Shown here piece after piece: positions 23,900-38,580 of a stretch of DNA of 64,000 nt. The translations under genes and the position numbers were made by a program. How positions within the stretch are numbered: position 1 is the first letter of the stretch; each line of letters opens with the position of its first letter. The stretch comes from Nageia nagi (taxonomy: Eukaryota; Plantae; Pinophyta): the NCBI GenBank assembly GCA_050084985.1, contig JBITNC010000001.1:152954001-153018000 (forward strand), written 5' to 3'. The notes under the pieces are model-generated. The model worked only from the letters and a program-made list of their open reading frames with translations, searched no databases and was not told the origin of the DNA.

Positions 23900-26800
23900 T
23901 CCATTTCATGTGCAAAATTAAAAAATCCATAGATTGAATATGACTATGTATTGATAGAAGCTAGATGATGTTTAACAATATTGCACATACCTCCACCATC
24001 TCCTCATATCCATAGTGTTCCTCCACATGGAACACATTATGAGTTAGATGATTTACCATTAGATACACCACCAAAACCCATTAAGTTGAATGAATTGGGT
24101 GAGTTAAAACTCCCTTTGAGTATACACACAATGGATCCTATATTGCAAAAAGGATCTTTTAACCTAAAATATACTCATATCAAATAATATAAACCTAACA
24201 GATCACTCGTACTCTCTTACATAAGAAGAGTAGATTATTCACCTTCTACTATATCTAGAGAAATGCAAAATGATTATGATAGGGCTTATATACATACAAC
24301 AAGCCTTAGGTTTCAAAACTTAGAGGGATTTACTACACATTACAATCCTTACCAATTGTTGAATCTTGATCAAAGACCTTACATGGAGCTAGTTGAACCA
24401 ATGGCTCAACCATAATCATAAATTATAAATTTTGAAAGTTTACCCTCAAAAAGACCACCTAAATCTAGTAGACCAAAATAACACCTATAGGTAATTCCTT
24501 TATAAATGCATAAGAAAGTTGAGGCATCTTTGAGAACTACACACATATCAAGAGAAGATCATCAACATAACTTACAAGAACATGACAAAAATTTAATACA
24601 AGCTCAAAAAAGATAGGGATTAATAAGATTCACTAAATAACATCAAATTCCAACTCAAGGAATGTGGAATCAACAATATCCTATGCAAGCTTCAAATATT
24701 CAATCGCAAAATCAACCCCAAGTCATACCCTAGGTATAATATACTTTAGGCATACCTTAAGAAGGTCAATATCAAAAAACACCTTAATGTTAATATACAT
24801 CAGATATGTCTCAATGAGTTCAAACTCTAATAAGGTCTCTAATATAAAAACAAAAAGGCATTTTTGATATTCAAAAAAAGGGAAAACAACCTATGTATTA
24901 AGGGAAAACTAGTACAACTCAAAATGTAAGTGAACTAATTCAAGTTAGAACTAGACCATCATCTCCTAGGGTTAGAATACAATCTCCTAAAACTCATTTT
25001 TTTCCCCCAAATATAAGGAAAGCAAAAAGATCCTTATCATGCTATAATATGAGAAGTTCTATTAAAAAATAGGCATGATTAGGTAAAACTATATCAAGCA
25101 TCTCAACAACAACATCCTCCTAGGATTCCCCAACAACTTCAACCTCAAGAGAGGCCATCTACATATCAAATACACTATCAACAACCACAATCATAGGTTC
25201 AATCTCAAACTTAGGTTAGGCCACTTGAGTACCTAACTACTCCATAACTTCAAGTTCAACAAGTTATTCTATAGCCCCAACCATGAGTTATAAAAACTAG
25301 GTATCAAGCTACTTATTAGCAACTTCAACCTCAATATGGATAAAAAATATATCAAGCACCTTATTCATGATAAATTCAATAACCACAACAATGAATAATG
25401 TCTTATAATCAAGTTTATTATGAGCAACCATATGAACCCTCCCAAGGATATCAAGAAGAGAATGATCCTAACAAAGTCAATGATATTCAAGAAGATAGTA
25501 ATCTTGCAAAATGATTAAAATAAATAGAGGAACAATTGCTTATGCAAAATAAGAAAAATATATCATATGAAATAATTTGTGATGAACCTATACATCCAAG
25601 TGTCCCTAAAAATGATATTCCTTATAAATTTGAAATACCTATGATAGAACCATTTAAAGAAAAAGTAAACTCAAAAGAACATTTGAGAAGGTTTAAATAT
25701 TCAAGATACTTGATTGCTAATGATGATGCATTAATGGTACGTATCTTTCCTATGATGCTTACTAGACAAGCCATGGATTGGTATAATAAATTGCTTAAAC
25801 ATAGCATTAAATCATATTATCAACTAGCAAATTTATTTCTACAACATTTCAAAATTAATATTAAGGATAAAACATCTATCACTAATCTTACAAGGTTACA
25901 ACAATTCTCATATGAATCCACTAGTGATTTTGTTTCATGATAGAAAGTTGTGTTAACAAGTATGCCTTACACCTTACCCCAAGAAGAGTTGGTTAAATTA
26001 TTTAGTCAAATTTGTTTGAGGCCTATTACTAGTACATTGATTATTCAACAACATAAAACCTTTGAAGATCCTATTTCACAAGCAGTCATTATTGAAAGAG
26101 TTAACATTCAAGACAAAGAAATCAAAAGTAAAAAATGTGAAGGATATACCAAAAATAAACCTACAGTCAATAAAACATTACCAACAAATAAGATGTCAAT
26201 TGTAGAAGAAAATGAACCAACACAAATAAAAAAGGTTTAAAGGGAATATAGGTCAAGAAGAAGCTACACACCTTTGTTAGAACCTCTTTAGGATATCATG
26301 AAAAAATTGTTAGATCATAATTTAATTACCCTACCGGAAGAAAGGATAGAAAGTGAGCAAACTAAGGAGTGTAAATAGTATAAAGTAGAGGAATTTTGTG
26401 ACTTCCATCACCATAGGGGTCATACTACAAACAAGTGTAGGATCTTAAAAAATATAGTTCAAGACTTTATTGAAAGCAAAAAGTTGAAAGTGGACAATCT
26501 TGTGGCTATTCCTAATCAATATTTAAGAATTTATCAAAATTCTCTCCCTCACCATGTGGCCAATAATATTTATTAGAATGAAAATGAAATCTATGTAACA
26601 CACAAATAGGATCCTAATGATACTAGTTTTGTTTCTATAATAAGTGTAGCTACAAGAGCTTAAAAGTCTTAAAGGAAACAAAATGGTGTATCAAAAAATC
26701 AACAAGATAAAATCAATATATCACCCCAAATACCTACACTACAACTTTTATAATAATAAATAAAAATTTTGTAAGTAAAACTATCATTGTTTGATCTATT

Positions 26801-29800
26801 AAAAAAATCTAGAGACCATAAAGATGCAATGAATCAAATATTACAAAACATTGAATTAGATATTAAATACCCTAAAAGTTTTGCAACTTTTGTAGGAAAT
26901 ACCAAAATGATCAAAAAAATCATCATTAACCTTTTATGACCATGAGGTAAAACATTGGAAGAATACATCAAGATTTGATCCAACACTACACATTGTAGCT
27001 AATGTTGATGGGAAGATGTTTAAGAGAATTTTGATTGAGAAGGGATCAATTATAAATATTATTTCAACTACTGCATTCCAAAAATTAAACATTCCTTTTC
27101 CACATATCAATGCATTTATGTTACAACTGAAAGCATTTAATGATGCTCTTTGTCCAACTATAGGATAAATTTCTTTACCCATTATGGTGGGCTCAAAAAT
27201 AGTTCAAACTATATTACAAGTCATTGAAGGAGAAATTACTCAATATAATATTATCTTAGGAAGACCATGGATTAAGTACATATAATGTGTACCTTCAACA
27301 TATCATAATTGTTTAAAATATATTCATGATGGTGTGGTACATTGTGTTCCTAGATATGATGACCCATATTCATATTATAATATTGCAGGTGTACCTAATG
27401 GGATAATTTTACCTTTTGATCATTTCTTTAAGACATATTTACCAAAAATAAAATATTTAGTAAATAATGAAGGTGAAATTCTCTCAGACATTGAAAAAGA
27501 AAAATAAGTTATTAATTATTTATAATCAATTGGTACTCTTTTAAATGATGATACTAGTTTACATTCTTAAATCAATACAACTCCATAAGAAAAGGAATAT
27601 TGCAAAGAACGAGCCTAAGCATTACATAAATTACACAATTCCTCTTCCTCAAAATATGCTCAAATAAATGTTGCATCTCATGAAGAGGAGATTAAGAAAA
27701 ATGAATCATTGGATATCAATTCAGTAATAGTCAAAATGTCTGACTTGGTTATAGGGGAATATGATGTTGATGATGTAATCTTTCTTATTCATTTTGCCCA
27801 AGAAATTGAGCAACCATGTGAAACATCTAGTGTTATAGGACAATTAGTGCCATTAGGAAATGTGCCTAATCAAACTTTATTCATGTATGTAGGAATTGAT
27901 GAACCTATTTCAATTTCTAACTTTAAACCTAGCAAGGGAGCTTTTTGTAATTCATTATAATATTTAGCACCATCTATGCCATCCTTTTTCTAATGATATT
28001 TTATTAGATATCAATAGAAAGGATATGGTTTGTGATGATATGAACAAGATCCTAGATGCATAATTGGCATCCAGTATCAAAGGCCTAATGATAAAACTAG
28101 ATTAAAATATAAGATAAAAATAATGTTAAAATATAAATATTCAAGTTAGAACCTAAAGATATTGAATACAATGTAATCTACCATGACTACCAAAAATGGA
28201 ATGATAATAGTGATATTGAATCAAAGGTATCAATACCAAAATATCTTTTCTACAATATCATTCCAATCAATATGTTTCAAATTAATAAAATATCTAGCTT
28301 CACCATAAATGAAAGCACCATTGATTTCACATTCATTCCATGAAATCTAACAATACATGATTTCAAGGATGTAAATATTATATGCCAAATAAGAGAACCT
28401 ATGGTAAATACAACCTTGATTGGCCAAAATATTGGGAAAGCTAAGAATATAGTGAGAGTGCTAAAAATTGGATTCCTATACATGGCCAACTAGAGGAAGG
28501 ATCTCATATTTCAATTGAAGAAACTATTGAGGTAGATCTAAGTGATTGTCCTACAAATCCAAAGGCTGTTCAATTAGGAAAATCCTTAACTAATGAAGAA
28601 AAGGATATATTTATATCTATATTCAAAGCAAAATAGAACATATTCTCTTGGCCTTATGTTGATATGCTTGGAATGGATACATATTTGGTTATACATAATA
28701 TAGGTCTGAAAATGGATGCAAATCCTATTAAAAAAAATGTTGTGAAAGATGCACCTTACAATAGCCTTGATGGTCAAAGAAGAATTGAAAAATTTACTAG
28801 AAGAAAATTTCATCCAACCTATTGATTATTCAAATTGAATTCCAAACATGGTCTCAGTAAAGAAGCCTAATGAGAAAATCTATATTTGTACTAATTTTAG
28901 AGATCTAAATAAAGCTTGTCAAAAAGATGATTTTTCTCTCTCAAATATTGATACCTTGGTATATGCTATAGTTAGGCATGAAATGCTCTCACTAATGAAA
29001 GGTTTCTTCATATATACCAAAATAAAAGTTGCTATAGAAGATCAACATAAAATTACATTTATAACCCCTTGGGGAACCTTTTGTTACAAAGTAGTGCCCT
29101 TCAATCTTAAGAATGATAGGGAAACTTATCAAAAAGCAATGATATATATCTTTCATGAATTTATGCATGATATCATGGAAAATTATGTAGATGATATTTT
29201 AGCCAAATCAAAAATCAAAGAAACACATCTTGAGGACCTTACAAAGATCTTCAACAAATTGCTAGAGCATAATGTCAAGTTAAATTTAAAGAAATGTATC
29301 TTTGGAGTTACCTTGGGAAAATTATTGGGGTTTATCATGTTAAGACATGGGATTGAAGTAGACCCTAATAAAATAAAAGCCATTGTAGACATGCCTGCAT
29401 TGTCGAATATTAAACAACTTCAAAGTTTTCTAGGAAAAATGTAAGCTATAAGATGTTTTATTTCTTAATTATCAGAAAAATGCAAACCATTTAATAAATT
29501 GTTAGAAAAGGGAATCATTTTTCACTTTGGAATAGGAGTAGTAAGAAGCATTTGAATAAATAAAATGCTATCTCTTATCACCTCCAATTTTGGTCCATTC
29601 ATGAGAGGGGGATTCATTCCTATTATACTCTTTGGCCATTGAATCAACATTAAGTATTATGCTTGCATAGAAAAATGAAAATAACAAAGAACAAGCCATA
29701 TATTACCTTAGTTGGACTCTATTTGATTATGAGATAAGATATGTATACATGGAAAAGTTATGTTTAGCAATCATCTAAACTACTAAAAAACTTAGACATT

Positions 29801-31830
29801 ATATGTTAAATCATACTACCTACATAATTGCAAAAGTTGATCCATTCAAGTATATGATAAATAAAACATACCAAAACAGTATAACATCAAAATGGATTAT
29901 GCATCTGATTGAGTTAGACTTGCAATTTATTAGATAAAAAGCAATCAAAGGCCAAGTTATAGTTAATTACCTCACTAAAGTACCATTACAAGATGACAAG
30001 TCTCTTGTTATTGAATTACCTGATGAACACATTTTCCAATTAGATGAAAATGAAATTCCTATTGAATTAGATAATTGGGATATGACTATTTACTTTGATG
30101 GGTCTCATTGTGAACAAGATGGAGGTGCTGGCATTATCTTCATCATCCAAAAAGGAATACCCATTCCCTATTCTTTCAAGATAGATTTCTCATGCATTAA
30201 TAATAATGTTGAGTATGCAACTTTGATACTAGTTATAAAAATTGCTATAAAAATTAAACTAAGAAAAGTAAGGTTCATTGGAGATTCCTTACTGATAGTT
30301 AATTAGATCAAAGGACTTTTTTAATGTAAAGAAACTTTGCTTCAAAAATATAATTAGATAGCTGAAAAGCTTTTAAAGTCATTTAAGAAGTACAATATAG
30401 AAGTAACATTTAGGAAAATGAATAGGTTTGTGGATGCCATGGGTTCAATTGGATCCTTGATACCCAAAGACTCCCATCATTGAAAAATCCATGTTGATGT
30501 AATACAATTAATAGAATCAACCTTAGAAACAAATTATGAAGTGTATGAATTCTTTAGTATCACAATATAAGGGAAATATGTGTGGCATAATTAGTTAATT
30601 GAATTCTTAAGAGATGGAGTATTACCAAAATATTTGACCAAATCAACCATGAATGCATTTAAATTAAAAGATTTTCTCAATTATATGTTAGGATATGTGT
30701 TATATCAAAGAAGTTTTGATGGTATATTACTTAGATGCTTAGAGTGGATAGATTCATAAATTGCAATCTCATGTACACATGATAGAATATGTGGAGGACA
30801 TTTTAGTGGTCCTGCTATTACAAAATGTTTAACGTGCATGGGATATTATTGGCCCATGATGGAACATGACTATAATGAATATGTTAAGAAATGTTTCAAA
30901 TGCCAACAACATGCTCAAGTTTTTGTTCAACCATCTAAAGCTTTGCAACATATGCAATTATTATGGTCATTCTTTAGATGGGCATTAGATCTCATAGGAA
31001 AAATATCTCCTGCTTCATCTAGAGGCCATAAGTTCATAATTACTACTACTATGGGTAGAAGCTATATCTATGATTTCAACCAAAGGTCATAAAATAATTG
31101 AATTCATAGAGCATCAACTTATTTTTTCATTTTGGGATCCCTACCCAAATTATCACAAATAATAGGAAAAACTTAAAAAATAAAGAAGTATTGGCTTTAT
31201 GTAAAGGATATCATATAAGAATTAGCTTTTGAACATAATATTTTTTCTAAGGAAATGGTCAAGTTGAAGCAATCAACAAAACCATTAGCAGTATACTTGT
31301 AAAAATTGTTAATGATTATCATAGAGATTAGCATCTCCAAATTCTGTACACTCTATGGAAATATCATACAAGTATTATAACTCCTACTAGGGCAACCTCA
31401 TTTTCACTTGTATATGGGTTAGAAGTTGTATTGCTATTAGAAATATAAATAACACTCTAACAAATTATGTTACAATACTATATAACTAATGAAGCAACTC
31501 ATAGAGCCAGGTTAGACCAATTGCTACTCCTAGATGAAAGTTGAATTCAAGCATTATAACATATGCGAACTTACCAACATCACATCAAGAAAGCCTTTGA
31601 TAAGAAAGCCAAAAACCATGAATTCAATACAAGGGACTTAATTCTTAAATAAAATTAGCAAACATCCCATATGGAATGTCAACTTCATGACAAGTTTGCT
31701 CCTAATTGGTTAGGACCTTATATTGTTAAAAAAAAATTTACTTTTGGGGCATATCACCTAGTTGATATGGAAGGAAACAAGGAGTGTGAACCTGTAAATA
31801 TCATGCTTCTTTATCCTTTCTATAGTTAGA
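23900..31830 (+). pseudogene. Ogre/Tat gag-pol pseudogene
   Basis: Gag (KFEIPMIEPFK..HLRRF..FPMMLTRQAMDWY; FCDFHHHRGHTTNKC ~26395), protease (KRILIEKGSIINII ~27025; ILGRPW), RT (CTNFRDLNKACQKD, TPWGTFCYKVVPF, YVDDIL; ORF 28848-29444), RNase H, archaeal-type RNase H (YFDGS..GAGIIF..NNVEY; ORF 30082), integrase (CGGHF, GYYWP..CFKCQQH, WALDLIG, PNWLGPY). Confidence 0.93.
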
Positions 31831-31914
31831 ATTTTTTACTTTCTTTTGTACATAGTGTAAATAAGCATTTTATTTGAATAAAACTTATTTTTACAAATAT
31901 TAATGTATTGATAG

Positions 31915-33381
31915 ATGGCATAAAAGAGGAACAAGAGTATTCATTTGGTGAACAATAAAAGAGGAATTCAGCAAAAAACTTGGTATGAAAATCCAAGGTA
32001 TTTATATGATAGAACCATTTTTATATTAACACAATGTACTACCTCAAAAATGAGGAACTTCATGCATTTACCCATTGATATACAAAGAATAGTGGCCTTA
32101 AAATATCAACTGAATAAATATGACAAATGGAAAATGGAATTTAGTGGAGATAAAATTGAAATTTACATTGAAAAGGGCATATATTATTCAAATTATTGAC
32201 ATTATCACAATCAAGTGGAAAAAATAAATTGGCTATGTCTTTGTTGGCTTGTTTCAACTCTAAAATTAATACTTGATTGTAATTTCAACAATTGGATCTT
32301 AAATGTTGCATACCATACTCCACAAAATTTAAGATCTCCTTTTGATTGGACAAATCAAATTGTGGGAGAGTTGTGTTATCACAAAATGGTATATGATTTT
32401 ACTTCCACTTTTATTTCCAAGCCTAGATAATCAAAATGGTTAAATCATAGAATTAAACAAAGGTTTTCTTGTATAAATTTGAGATTTTAGGATCTTCTCT
32501 CACATGATCATTCAATACAAATTTCATCATCAAGAAAATAAAAAATGCATCCAAATAAAAATTTTTAGAATGATGGATCAAATCAAGATTTTACTAATAG
32601 ATATCCAAAGGATAAATACTTGAAACTATTATAGGAAAATTCTTACAATGAAATAGCTCGAGTTCTTGCTTTTCCAAGAGAAATACAAGAAATAATAGCC
32701 ATATATTATTTTGAAAAATGATGATCTCAAGCATGCATGTTAAGAATTGATAATCTAAAAGAAACTATTGAACTAGAAGCTAAAGAAATATGGATGGAAC
32801 TAGAATTAGAAATTATTTTCATTCATCTATTTCATATACATTGGCCTTATGATAAATTGAAAATCTTGTTAAATTGTGTTGAGAATACAACTATCAAGTA
32901 AATGGGAAGATCAATGCCTTTAACTAGAGTTGTCAATGATCTTAGGATAGAATATAATACTTCCTTGATCACAAATGATGAAATTATATATGATTATATC
33001 TTACTCTTCAGTAAGAATTATTGTGCAAACAATCGAATCAATGTAAAACCAAGATTTGGGAAGACTTTACAATGATTGAAGTTACAAAGTAAAGATAAAT
33101 AAGAAACCTATACTAAACACATTGAGAGTGAGAGTATTACATAACTCATGATAAATGTAAAACCATTTTTATCATTACCATCAATGATGGCTTTTTCTAA
33201 ACAATCAAATGCAATATCTCCTATGAAGTTTTCTAAGATTTGTGATCAAGCCTCAAATTCATTAATCGAACCAATACGAATCATTAGAGAGTTTAAACCA
33301 AAACCAAAATTACTTTCTAAACCTACAACATCAATATTAGTTTTTTATCCTATCAAACATCAACCATATATTCTTAGATAA
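31915..33381 (+). pseudogene. Accessory (extra) ORF of the Ogre-type element, with two internal ~200-aa repeats bearing F-box-like LPxxI motifs
   Basis: ATG 31915 to TAA 33381 in one frame (track ORFs 31945, 32215 and 33148 share it). 13 internal stops in 489 codons and no frameshift. Internal repeat period is 201 codons. Confidence 0.7.
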
Positions 33382-33577
33382 GGACCTCATCATCTTTGAT
33401 TAAGATTACCTTATTATTATGTTTTGAGTTGAAAAGGTTGGGTTATTCACAAACAAACTTTCTTCTAAGCCTTGTGCATAGGATTGACCATCAAATTACA
33501 TTACAAAATATTAAAAATAATAAAATTTATGAAACCCTTAAAATAAAATATTCTTCAAAAATATCAAAAAACATTAG

Positions 33578-33580
<3 letters not shown>

Positions 33581-33621
<41 letters not shown>
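33581..33621. repeat. (TA)20 microsatellite between two ~31-bp direct repeats
   Basis: Perfect TA run flanked by aaatattcttcaaaaaYatcaaaaaacatta on both sides. Confidence 0.95.
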
Positions 33622-33623
<2 letters not shown>

Positions 33624-35299
33624 AATATTCTTCAAAAACATCAAAAAACATTAAAAAAATGTAAAACATTACAAATCCAAAAATATACATTACTATATGT
33701 ACATATATATATTTATATACACTCAAAAAAAAATATATTGTCAAAGCATCTTGGCAGTAGGGTGCGCTACCCTATATATATCTAACAATTAATAACACAA
33801 TCATGCTTTGTTTCATTGAAATATTCTATGTCAAGTTTCAAGAACTTTGAATGATAAAAAAACATAACTATGATGCATTTGCAGAATATTATAAACTCAT
33901 ATTTTGAGTGTTTATGATAAAAAATTAGATGTTCCTTGAGTATAATTTTGAGTGTTTATTCTCCAAATATTTTGCTTCATCCCATACCCAAGAGCTAGGA
34001 TAGGACAAAAGAAAAAAAGAAAAGAAAATAGGATAAAAGAATATATATAAAAAAAAGAAGTTGTAGAATTATTGAGTGATTACATTATTTTCTATTGGGG
34101 CTATGGATGCTTAATTGGAAATAGAACAAGGCTGCAATTGGATCAAGGGGTTAATCTTGATTGGGGCTATAGATGCATTTGGCAGTGAGGCATACCTTAC
34201 AAAGTGGCCATATGTCTAGTCATCATGATGGACCAATGTATGCATATAAAGAGAATTAGCTTACATATTTTATGCTCCTAAAACATTTGGTTTATGAATG
34301 TCTAGAGACGTAAATGAACATCACTATACACACATGAGTTCATGATAAACCAAATCATATTGTAAATGTGTTTTATATCATTTTTGGTAAATGAAATGAA
34401 AGAAAAAGGATTGATTAATGAAATCAAGTACTTAATGTCTTGTTAATTACATTTTTTTATCAATATTTTCCATTTATTCCACATCATTTACATATTTATT
34501 ATTAAATATTTTTGATAAGTTACTATGTTGTCCTAGTTGTTACTCAAGTTGTTATGTCACCTATATTTCCCTTAGTTAAAGTTTCATTAGGAAATACATT
34601 CAAAAACATCATATATTTACTCATCCATATTGTTCATATATCCAAAGTACATTGTTATATTTACACACATCATTATAAGCTTACATGTGTCACATCCATA
34701 TCATCATAGTATTACATGTGTATGTTTTTACCAGTATATTATATTTAAGCCATGTGTAAAAGTAGACAAGAAATGAAAAATGATGCATCCAATTCCATAC
34801 TACTATAATTGAAACATGTCCCTTAGATATTACAAAAATATTATAAAAACATTTCAAACTTCTCATTTTGATAACATTATTATTAGCATAAAATTTTAGA
34901 ACACCCATTGAAATATTTTACAACCATATTAATACATCTCATCATAATGCAATAGTAACATATCATACCTCAAGATAAACATAACATTACACTACATTAA
35001 AAAACCTATCCATGAATCTAGGATACATACATTCATCAATCAAAAGCACATATCAAAATAAAACATACATCTACAATATCACATCAATAAAACCATCAAT
35101 ACATGTATATATATGATGTAAAAGTCTCATCACATATCATCAATTAAAAAATATAAGTCATCACATATCCCTACAACACTAGATCATGCTCTCCATGATC
35201 TCAAAAAATAGTGAAACTATTCAAATAAACCATGAAAGTCTAACCAATTTAAATAACATAACTATGACATCATCATGGACTACCCTAACCACTAGCCTA

Positions 35300-37592
35300 T
35301 CCACCAATCCCACCTATGCCATGCCCTAGATGTATGGTCCCTACTGAATTGGTAGGAATAACATCTCAAGTTGCCTTGCACAACTCTAAAGATCCCATTG
35401 CATGCTATGAGGAGATACCAATTATCACACTCCTATGTTGTGATATTACTCATCTGGTCCATCAACCCTATGTACTAGCTATCTTTTGAGCACTAGTACT
35501 TGCTAGATACATAGAGATATATATTGGGATGTAGCTTAATGGTGGAATAGGATACTAGACAACTAAAGTAAATGGAGGAATACTTATCATCCAAGTCTAA
35601 ATAATAGCAATATAGTAGTCTCGCTACTAACAAATCCCCTAGACAAAAGCTAATGATTGACTCTTTATCCTTGTTGAGGTGCTCAACCCTCCAAACCACT
35701 ATCCTTGAGAGCTTTGAAGTGAGGAATGAGTCTCATCCCTCTCTCACATGTATTGGTCTCTCTCATCTTAATAGCAATACATATGAGCATTAGCCTATGA
35801 TAATAAGACTCACAAGTCATATATATCACTTAACAAGGCATTGATAGGGGCACCTATGATGGAGGATCTTGAGCTTCTCTTACTACTACTCTACCCTACT
35901 CCTCCTCCTCCTCTTCATCCTACACTCCTATCTCCTTAGGTATCTTAGCAGCCTCCTTAATGGTTGGCTCCTCAACCTCCTCTCTAACCTCGATAGTTGC
36001 TCCAAGCTAAGCTACTTGCTAGCAAAATCTATGTCTTGGTGCATCGATATCCTTTGCCTCTAGCTCCACCTATTACTAGGCATCAAAAGCCTTAGTCACA
36101 CCCATGTTATCAAAACTTGTGTCTTCCACCAAGGGCTCCTCCTATGTAATACCTAGCTTGATATAAACTAGGGGCTAAATCTTCTCAACTAGTAGCTCAT
36201 CCTCTCTCAAAAAATGTAAACGTGTGAATGGAACATCCTATACCAAACCAAACTAATAGCACACACACTTAAAATAAAATTACTCCAAGAAATCATTCCA
36301 ATGATTGGTAAGAACCTGAGCTTGCCTAATGCCTATCAACTATGCTGCAAGCTCATCCTAGACTGGATATCCATGGTAGGATCAAAACCTCACCTGATCT
36401 ACAATGAGGTGAGAAATCATCCTTTGATAGTAGGTGATGTCTTATCAAATACCATCTGAAGGATGAGAATAAAATTCCTCTAACCAATGCATGATGTTGG
36501 TAGGATAAGCTATATGGGTATCAAAACTAGGTACTAGAAGCCCCAAAAGATGAGCTACATGAATATGCTCATAGGCCCATGCCTGAAGAGTAATGGTAAC
36601 TAATAATGAGGCCCTATGGCCTAAAAAATAAAATAATAACTCCCTATAAATCTAAGCTAACAATGTGGTAGCTCAAGCATACACTAACCCCTACTGAAGC
36701 ATATCAGCCACTACATGCAACAAAGACCAAGGAAATCTCCCATTACTAGTATTTGGAAGAGCATAACACTAGATAAGTACCATAAAATAAGAGGCTCTAA
36801 GGAGACCCTACTATTCATTCTTTCAATACCTAAAGTGTGGAAGACCCTCATAAAACATCTCACACATAACTCCCTCAACTACACCTGCCCCATAGACTAT
36901 TGTAATATCAAGATGTAGTAAATGTTGATCTAACACATGTTGAATCTACTGACCTTGAATAAGTAAATGATATAAATGATATATTTCCTCCATTGTAATA
37001 GTCATCTCCCTCATTTGAAGATGGAAGGTACCATTTAAAGAGTCCCATCTAATAATGGGTAATCCTAATGAATATAATCAATGTGGGGCCTATATCCATA
37101 TCCATCTAAGCAAAGAATATCTTGATCCTTAGCAGTCAATAAAACATGACCATCCTCAAGTATACAAGGGTATCTCCCTTGAGGCTCAAAAATCTCTAAT
37201 ACCTAGTCAATAAATAGAATCAATGATAGCCTAAAAAAAAGATTATAACCTAGGTTTGATCATTAATGATTAGACCCTAAGGTTATAGGATAATTAGTGT
37301 TCAAGTACCAATCACTAATAATTCTATAAACCCTAGGCCTTAGCCAATGATTGTCATCAAGTGTTTTTAAAAAAATTTGAAACATCACAAACGCAACAAA
37401 ATTTTAAAATTCAAAATGGTTAAAAGGGTCCTAATTAACATTCCTAGGCATTCTACAATTTTTATTTTTTCAAAAATGGACTAAAAATAAATTAATAGGA
37501 AAAAAATTAAAAAGGGGTTTTAAAACCCTACCTCTCTCCTCATAGGCCTCTTTCATAGCACATGGCATCCTCGTGGAGGCATCTTGGCTCAT
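35300..37592 (-). pseudogene. Antisense plant mobile domain (PMD, aminotransferase-like) gene inside the Ogre-type element
   Basis: IRWDSLNGTFHLQMREMTITMEEIYHL (~36980-37052), VRF*SY and CVCY*FGLV*DVP match PMD motifs ERW..T.TFHLP.GEMTITLEDV and RV.RQFG..Q.IP. E/R-rich tail at ~35870-36060. Putative intron 37231-37531. Confidence 0.8.
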
Positions 37593-37759
37593 AATATTGA
37601 TGAAAAGGTCAAGTATAGGAACAAACTCTAAAAAGGTAGGGGAGGAAATTCATAGAGTTTTGATCTATCACCAATAAGCAAATAAGAAAATGATAACAAA
37701 CCTTTTTATTTTTGAACCCCCATGTAGTTGAATGCCAGCAATTTATGATCGAAAGCTAG

Positions 37760-38580
37760 CAATCCATACGGATCATCGGTGACTAGGATTAGATCATCAT
37801 CGGCATGTAAGAGGAATCATCAATGACTTTGCAATAAGAAATACTAAAAAATGAAGTGATATGTGAAGCTCATATCTTCCTCAAATTTTGGATAGGAAGA
37901 AGATTCATCAATCTTGATAGGATTTGCTGTAACATCCTCAATATATTCTAAGTTATGGATGAGCCTTAACCCCATTACTATAACATTCCTAGGTTACAAA
38001 CTTAGAAAACTCTAAATCTATATAAATAATGCATAATACACACATAGGGACCCTGAATTTTAAAGTAAACTTATGTTGTTGAATTTTTTCTAAGAATTAT
38101 TATAAGCTCATTTACCTTTATGAAAATTATTTACTTGTGTTCATGTTTTAATGCTTGATTATTATGAGTGCAAGTATGTTTGATGTGTTTGTTTCTTAGC
38201 ATGTGTGTAGGGTATATAGGTGCTAAGGTGTAGTAGAGTAGACATAAAGTTAATCAAGAATAAAGAGGAGTCAAAATGAAGCAAAAAACATCAAAAGGAT
38301 TAAACTTTAGTCCAACTTGTAGAAATGATAATGTTTGTAGTATAGGCACCATCATTCCAAATAGATCGCTATCAATTAACAAGGGTCATCAGTGATCCAT
38401 TCAACTGTCCAATAGAGGGATATATCATGCATAACATTATAAAATAAGCCCTTTATAACAAGACATTGGATCCCATGATCCATATTGTAATATCAAGGTT
38501 ACCTTAGAAGTAATAAGGTATACATTGGTATTAAATGTGTATTTGTCTTGTCTATGTATAGGTTTCTTTTTGGGATAACA
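37760..38580 (+). repeat. Ogre-type element 3' LTR (first ~100 bp and PPT not recognisable)
   Basis: Colinear with 21045-21849; ends gggataaca followed by TSD tttta. Confidence 0.85.

Larger units (their letters stand above)
20938..38580 (+). mobile_element. Degenerate Ty3/gypsy Tat-lineage (Ogre-type) LTR retrotransposon with accessory ORFs, 17.6 kb
   Basis: LTRs 20938-21849 and ~37760-38580 (TG...ggataaCA). TSD cttta/tttta. Order gag-PR-RT-RH-aRH-INT, then a sense extra ORF and an antisense PMD gene. Confidence 0.9.

Noticed and set aside
33396-33785. 129-aa ORF
   Set aside because: Low-complexity read-through of a (TA)n microsatellite in the retroelement 3' region.
35869-36063. Leu/Ser-rich plus-strand ORF resembling a membrane protein
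   Set aside because: Shadow of the E/R-rich tail of the minus-strand PMD gene.
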